Origin: a bacterium
Lineage (GTDB): Bacteria > UBA10199 > 2-02-FULL-44-16 > JAAZCA01
NCBI GenBank assembly: GCA_963674695.2
Contig: CAXXGI010000001.1
Span: 970,813 to 1,034,812 of the forward strand
Direction: 5' to 3'
Length of the DNA stretch: 64,000 nucleotides
In this document: in pieces, positions 59,557 through 64,000 of the stretch
Layout: each line of letters begins with the position of its first letter
How positions within the stretch are numbered: the stretch's first letter is position 1
The notes under the pieces: generated by a model
The model's input: only the letters and a program-made list of their open reading frames with translations
What the model was told of the DNA's origin: nothing
The model's database searches: none
Made by a program: the position numbers and the translations under genes

Positions 59557-60150
59557 CTAAAACAGGCTCTGCTGGGGATCGGGGCCTGCGGCTTCGTCCG
59601 GATGGACGATCTCCCAGCTCACCGGCGCGCGCGCCTTGCCCGGACCGAACTTCGGCGTGTAGAAGAGCTCGCCGTGTTTCGCGCCGTATTCATAGACATC
59701 GCGCGTGATGCGCACGTCGTCGAGACAGTATTTCTTGAGCTCGTCCATGCGCCCCTCGCGATAGTAGACGAGCGCATCGAGACCGGAACCGCTCTTGCCC
59801 TCGCCGATGGTCGCGCTGGCAACGCTCTGTAGACTCACGCGATGGCCCAAGGCTTTCACCATCTCCTCCATGACATCGAGCTGCGGAAACTTCTGGATGT
59901 CGAAGGGGATATAGCGCTGCAGAATGGGAGTATCGAAGCGACGGCTGTTGAACCCGACGAGCAGCGGCCGGCTCTGTAGGCGCTCGGCAAATTTTCCGAG
60001 CTCACTCTCTTCGTAGGTGATGAACTCGCCGGTCGCATAGTCGTAGGCGCCGACGACCGAGATACCCAGCTCGGTAAAGTGCTCGCGCCCGCCGACCTCG
60101 TCGAAGCTCTTCTGCGTTTCGATATCGTAGACGATGATATTGTGTCCCAT
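59557..60150 (-). CDS. RNase H-like (DEDD/YprB-type) exonuclease domain protein
   Basis: YDIETQ, VGFN..RFD, GKSGSGLDA, YCLDDVRIT. Confidence 0.85.
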   Translation of the reverse strand: MGHNIIVYDIETQKSFDEVGGREHFTELGISVVGAYDYATGEFITYEESELGKFAERLQSRPLLVGFNSRRFDTPILQRYIPFDIQKFPQLDVMEEMVKALGHRVSLQSVASATIGEGKSGSGLDALVYYREGRMDELKKYCLDDVRITRDVYEYGAKHGELFYTPKFGPGKARAPVSWEIVHPDEAAGPDPQQSLF

Positions 60151-60188
60151 GGGCAGAGGCGTAGCATAGGCCCCCCTCACGGGCAAAG

Positions 60189-60214
60189 AAAAACCCCGCC
60201 ACGAGGGCGGGGTT
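60189..60214 (-). terminator. Rho-independent terminator
   Basis: CCCCGCC hairpin plus T5 on the minus strand after the 60240 gene. Confidence 0.7.
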
Positions 60215-60239
60215 GAGTTTTCCTGCATAAAATCACGTC

Positions 60240-60767
60240 TCACGGCTTTGGCGGCAACACGGGAACGCCCTCGCTCGGAGCGTCATCTTTTGCGCCACCT
60301 TCATCGGGCCACGATCCACCATTGGAGTCATCAGCACCATCGTCGGGCGCACCCTCATCCGGCAGGTCCTCACTGGGGCCACCGATCGCATCGAACTGCA
60401 TCGAGACGGAATCGATGTTCGGTGAATCGCATCGCTTGTCGATCGTCACCTCTCGGGCATGTTCACCCGCGCTCAGGAGCGTCGAGCAGATCAACGGTTC
60501 TTGCGATTCCAGCTCCACCGCATGCTCACCGCTCATGACGCGAACGAAACACCCGTGGCGCCTCGTCGCGGCAAAGGAGACGATCCGCGCTCGGCGAACG
60601 ACCTCCATGCAGATATCCTCTGTGCCACCATCGGGAGGAAGCCCCCGTGCCACAGTGAGATCGAGCTTCGGCATGTATGCCACACGATACGACGAAGCGA
60701 TCGCCGATGTTGAAGCGAACACAATGACCAGAACAACCAGGGTGCAAAGAGCTGACAAGGCCTTCAT
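60240..60767 (-). CDS. Exported hypothetical protein with acidic tail
   Basis: Signal peptide, AAAGGA RBS, downstream terminator. Confidence 0.6.
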   Translation of the reverse strand: MKALSALCTLVVLVIVFASTSAIASSYRVAYMPKLDLTVARGLPPDGGTEDICMEVVRRARIVSFAATRRHGCFVRVMSGEHAVELESQEPLICSTLLSAGEHAREVTIDKRCDSPNIDSVSMQFDAIGGPSEDLPDEGAPDDGADDSNGGSWPDEGGAKDDAPSEGVPVLPPKP

Positions 60768-60961
60768 AAGGATTCCTTTCTCTTGTTGTTATCTAAATGG
60801 TCATGTGAGTTATCGAACCGGAGGGGGGGCGAAGTTTCTCCTGCCCTTCACCTTTTGGGAACAACGGATACCAGTAAGCATGATACCGTTGTGTCAGCCC
60901 CCCGGACGATGGTATGCTTTTCATAAGCGGGGACGTTTCGTTGCTACATAAATCTTATACA

Positions 60962-63175
60962 ATGATGCGTTTTTTTCGCCTCCACCTCATCTTCATCGCC
61001 ATGGGGGCGGCGGCGATGGCGGCGCAGATCCTCGTGATGCGCCGCCTCATCGTCCTCTTCGGCGGAAACGAGTTGACCGCGGGCGCCATCTTCGCGGCAT
61101 GGATGGGATTTTCCGGCGTCGGCAACCTGATCGCGGGCCGCTTCGCCGATCGCCTGCGCGATCCGGTGCGCGCCGCCGCCGCCGCGCTCTTTGCCCTGGC
61201 CCTGGCCACTCCCGCGACCGTGGCGCTCTCAGGGCTGGCCAAGGCCGTCGCGGGCATCCCCCCGCCGGAGATCACAGGACTCCCCTTCGTCATCCTCGCC
61301 ACGCTCGTGCTGCTGGCCCCGATGGGTCTTCTCATCGGATTGAGTTTCACGATCGCCTGCCGTCTGCCCGCGTCCGGAACCGCCTCCGACATCGGGCGCG
61401 TCTATCTCCTGGATCTGATCGGCGCCGGCATCGGCGGCCTCCTGCTTTCCACCTATGCCATCGCCATCTTCACCTCGCTGCAGACAGCGCTCATCGTCGC
61501 CGCCGTCCTCGCCGCTGCCGTGGGCTGGGCGTTTGCGCGCCCGGGCATCAAGATGGCGTCCTTCGGCGTGGTCGCGCTATTGGCGCTGGCCATCTGGTTT
61601 GCGCCGACCGTCGATGGGATGATCGCGCGGGTGCAGTGGAGCGGCTTCAATCCGATCGTGCAGCGCGAGTCGCTCTTTTCCAACCTCATGGTGACGGAAA
61701 ATCAGGGCGAGCGAACACTCTTCATCGACGGAAGACCCGCCTTCTCCCTTCCGCTTCCGGAGACCTACGAGGCGAAGGCCTGGGTGGGACGGCTGGAACA
61801 CCCCGCTGCCGAAAAGATTGCAATCATCGGCGGCGGCATCTCCGGCATCCTTTCACAATGGCGCCTGCACCCACCTGAACGTGCATACTTTCTCCGCCTC
61901 GATCCAATGGTGACCGAACTCGAACGCACCGCCATGCCCTCGGCGTTCGAGCCATGGCCGGAGTGGGCCGAGATCATCACGGGGGATGAGCGCCGTAGCG
62001 TACGCGAGGGGATATCGAACGCGTCGCACCATGAGGGACTCGACCTTCTCATCGTCGATGTCGGCGATCCGGAGACCGCCGCAACCGATCGCTTCTACAC
62101 GCGCGAATTTTTCGAGGAGAGCGCGCGCATCCTCCAGCCCGACGGCGTGATGATGCTGGCGCTGATGCAGCCATCGAATGTGGTGAGCGAAGAGTCCGCC
62201 GCGCTCTTGGGATCGGTCACGCGCACGCTCGGAACGGTCTTCGCCCACGTCGTCGTCCTGCCGCTCGATCGCTATTACTTTTTCGCTTCGCAAGAAGCGG
62301 GCGCGTTGACCGATGATGCAGCTCTCCTCATGCAGCGCGCGACGGAGATGGCGATCGATGCGCCGACGCTCACCGTGTGGATGCTGCCGAGCATCGCCCC
62401 CGAGCGCGTAACGTCCGTGCGCGAGGCCGTCGATGCGGCCGCACACATCGCCCCCATCAACACCGATCGTCGACCCATCGCCTATCGCGCCGCGATGATG
62501 ATGTGGGAGACGCGCGCGGGATCGTGGGGGAGACGATTCGTCGCCGCAACCGAGCTGCTGCGCCCCTGGATGGGGGCATCGCTTTCATTACTGATGGCAG
62601 GCATCTGCGTCCTCTTGGGACGTCGGCACCCGAACGCCGCCGAACGCATTCGCGCGACGTGGCTGCTCTATGCCGTTGGATTCTCCGCGATGTCGTTCGA
62701 AATCGCGCTGATCGTTTTCTATCAGATGCAACAGGGTCTGCTCGTCGCACAGATCGGATTCATCCTGACCGCGTTCATGGTGGGGGCAGGCGCGGGCGCT
62801 CTCATCGCAATGGGATGGCTGCGCGGCAGGCGCGCTTCGCTCTGGCTCCTGGTGGGATCCCCCGTCCTGATGGCGGGGTACATGCTCCTGCTCTTTCTCG
62901 TAACGCGCGTGAACTTCATCCTCGCCAATGCCCTCGCGGGGATGCTGACCGGTTGGATCTACCAACTCGCCGCCTCACGCCTGGCGGGAAGAAGACACGG
63001 CATCGGTACCACCGCCGCCATCGTCGAGAGCAGCGACCACTGGGGCGCCGCTGTCGGCGCGCTCATCACCACCCTCATCACCCTCCCGCTCTTCGGCATC
63101 ACCGCCACGCTGGCCACCGCCAGCTTCACCTTGATTCTCGCCGCCCTGACCATCGCCGCCCTCCCGAGAACCTAA
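60962..63175 (+). CDS. Spermidine synthase-like membrane protein (membrane domains flanking an aminopropyltransferase-like core)
   Basis: VYLLDLIGAGIGG, IIGGG, DLLIVD, RFYTREFF, INTDRRP. Confidence 0.85.
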   Translation: MMRFFRLHLIFIAMGAAAMAAQILVMRRLIVLFGGNELTAGAIFAAWMGFSGVGNLIAGRFADRLRDPVRAAAAALFALALATPATVALSGLAKAVAGIPPPEITGLPFVILATLVLLAPMGLLIGLSFTIACRLPASGTASDIGRVYLLDLIGAGIGGLLLSTYAIAIFTSLQTALIVAAVLAAAVGWAFARPGIKMASFGVVALLALAIWFAPTVDGMIARVQWSGFNPIVQRESLFSNLMVTENQGERTLFIDGRPAFSLPLPETYEAKAWVGRLEHPAAEKIAIIGGGISGILSQWRLHPPERAYFLRLDPMVTELERTAMPSAFEPWPEWAEIITGDERRSVREGISNASHHEGLDLLIVDVGDPETAATDRFYTREFFEESARILQPDGVMMLALMQPSNVVSEESAALLGSVTRTLGTVFAHVVVLPLDRYYFFASQEAGALTDDAALLMQRATEMAIDAPTLTVWMLPSIAPERVTSVREAVDAAAHIAPINTDRRPIAYRAAMMMWETRAGSWGRRFVAATELLRPWMGASLSLLMAGICVLLGRRHPNAAERIRATWLLYAVGFSAMSFEIALIVFYQMQQGLLVAQIGFILTAFMVGAGAGALIAMGWLRGRRASLWLLVGSPVLMAGYMLLLFLVTRVNFILANALAGMLTGWIYQLAASRLAGRRHGIGTTAAIVESSDHWGAAVGALITTLITLPLFGITATLATASFTLILAALTIAALPRT

Positions 63176-63188
63176 CAGCGGGGTTCGC

Positions 63189-64000
63189 TTACTCCCCAAA
63201 CACGATGGCCTGGAAGCGCAGGAGCTTGACGCCCTTTTCTTTCCAGCAGTTTGCCCCCATCCCCGACTTGCGGCAGATGCCGTCGAGATACTGCTGCTTG
63301 TTCCAGCCCTGTTCGGTCGGGACCTGGGGGAGGAGCACGCCGCGGTGACGGCTCGATTCGAGGATGAGGCCATCGGTGCCGACGCGCACGGCGAGCGGGT
63401 CGGCCAGTTCCTCGGGCGCGGTCAGCACCGAGACCTCGACGTGAATGTCTTTGAGTTCATTGGGTTTCACCGGCGGAAAGCGCGGATCCTGCGTGGCGGC
63501 GGCCACGGCCATCTCCTGGACGGTTGTATTGAGCGGACCGCGCGCGATGATCTGACCGATGCAACCGCGCAACTCGCCCTGTTTTTTGAGCGTCACGAAC
63601 GCCGCGCCATCCTGTGCGAGCACCGGGTCAGTGGGAAGCGCGGGGAGCTTCTGCCCGTGCACCCGCGCCTTGACCGTTGCGCGCGCCAATCGCAGGAGTT
63701 CGTTTTTTTGTTTCGCGCCCAGCTCATGTGCATTCGGCGCGATGACCGCGATCGCCGCATAGCCGACGACCTTGCTTCGATCCCCCGAGGTGTCGCCGGA
63801 GTTGGCATACTGCAGGAGTTCGAGCTTTGCCCCGCGCGCTTTGGCGATCGTCTTCAGGATGAAGACGGGGGAGGAACCGCAGAGCTCCGCCTCGCCGTGC
63901 GCCACGCCGGCATAAAATGCTTTGGGATCCTTTTCGCAGACGAGATCGAGCGTCTTGCGATCGATCGCCACGGCATCATTATAGGGATGATAGTGCGAGA
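63189..64000 (-). CDS. AmmeMemoRadiSam MEMO-AMMECR1 fusion protein, 5' part outside the window
   Basis: SHYHPY, LCG, YANSGD, VVGY (MEMO); AFVTL, LRGCIG, DPRF, EVSVL, LLPQV (AMMECR1). Confidence 0.92.
   Translation of the reverse strand, partial: SHYHPYNDAVAIDRKTLDLVCEKDPKAFYAGVAHGEAELCGSSPVFILKTIAKARGAKLELLQYANSGDTSGDRSKVVGYAAIAVIAPNAHELGAKQKNELLRLARATVKARVHGQKLPALPTDPVLAQDGAAFVTLKKQGELRGCIGQIIARGPLNTTVQEMAVAAATQDPRFPPVKPNELKDIHVEVSVLTAPEELADPLAVRVGTDGLILESSRHRGVLLPQVPTEQGWNKQQYLDGICRKSGMGANCWKEKGVKLLRFQAIVFGE

Overview
GC-rich bacterial chromosomal segment. MYXO-CTERM-like surface proteins and the gene set suggest a deltaproteobacterial (Myxococcota/Bdellovibrionota-like) lineage; this is an inference. 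I found no rRNA, tRNA, CRISPR array or transposase. Recognisable housekeeping genes include split metH, yitJ, folM-like SDR, queD, thyX, class II nrdJ, greA, nfu, a TRAP-T transporter, a HAD/TrxB-like/RNase H-like cluster, an SpeE-like membrane protein and an AmmeMemo fusion, interspersed with orphan and surface-protein genes. Highlights: (1) a membrane-arm-only complex I-like operon (nuoA-[exported TPR-like]-H-J-K-L-M-N) whose ORFs are intact but lack most canonical proton-pumping Glu/Lys/His residues, lying divergent from a BrnQ-butyrate-kinase-like fusion with degenerate kinase motifs; (2) a two-copy ~165-nt structured non-coding core closed by two unrelated perfect stems; (3) a recurrent GCAAC-N16-CGA(T/C)A promoter-like motif in front of orphan and surface genes; (4) many intergenic 7-8-mer tandem repeats, often in inverted pairs, plus nested REP/MITE-like elements. 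All residue comparisons are by eye against remembered consensus motifs; no searches were run.
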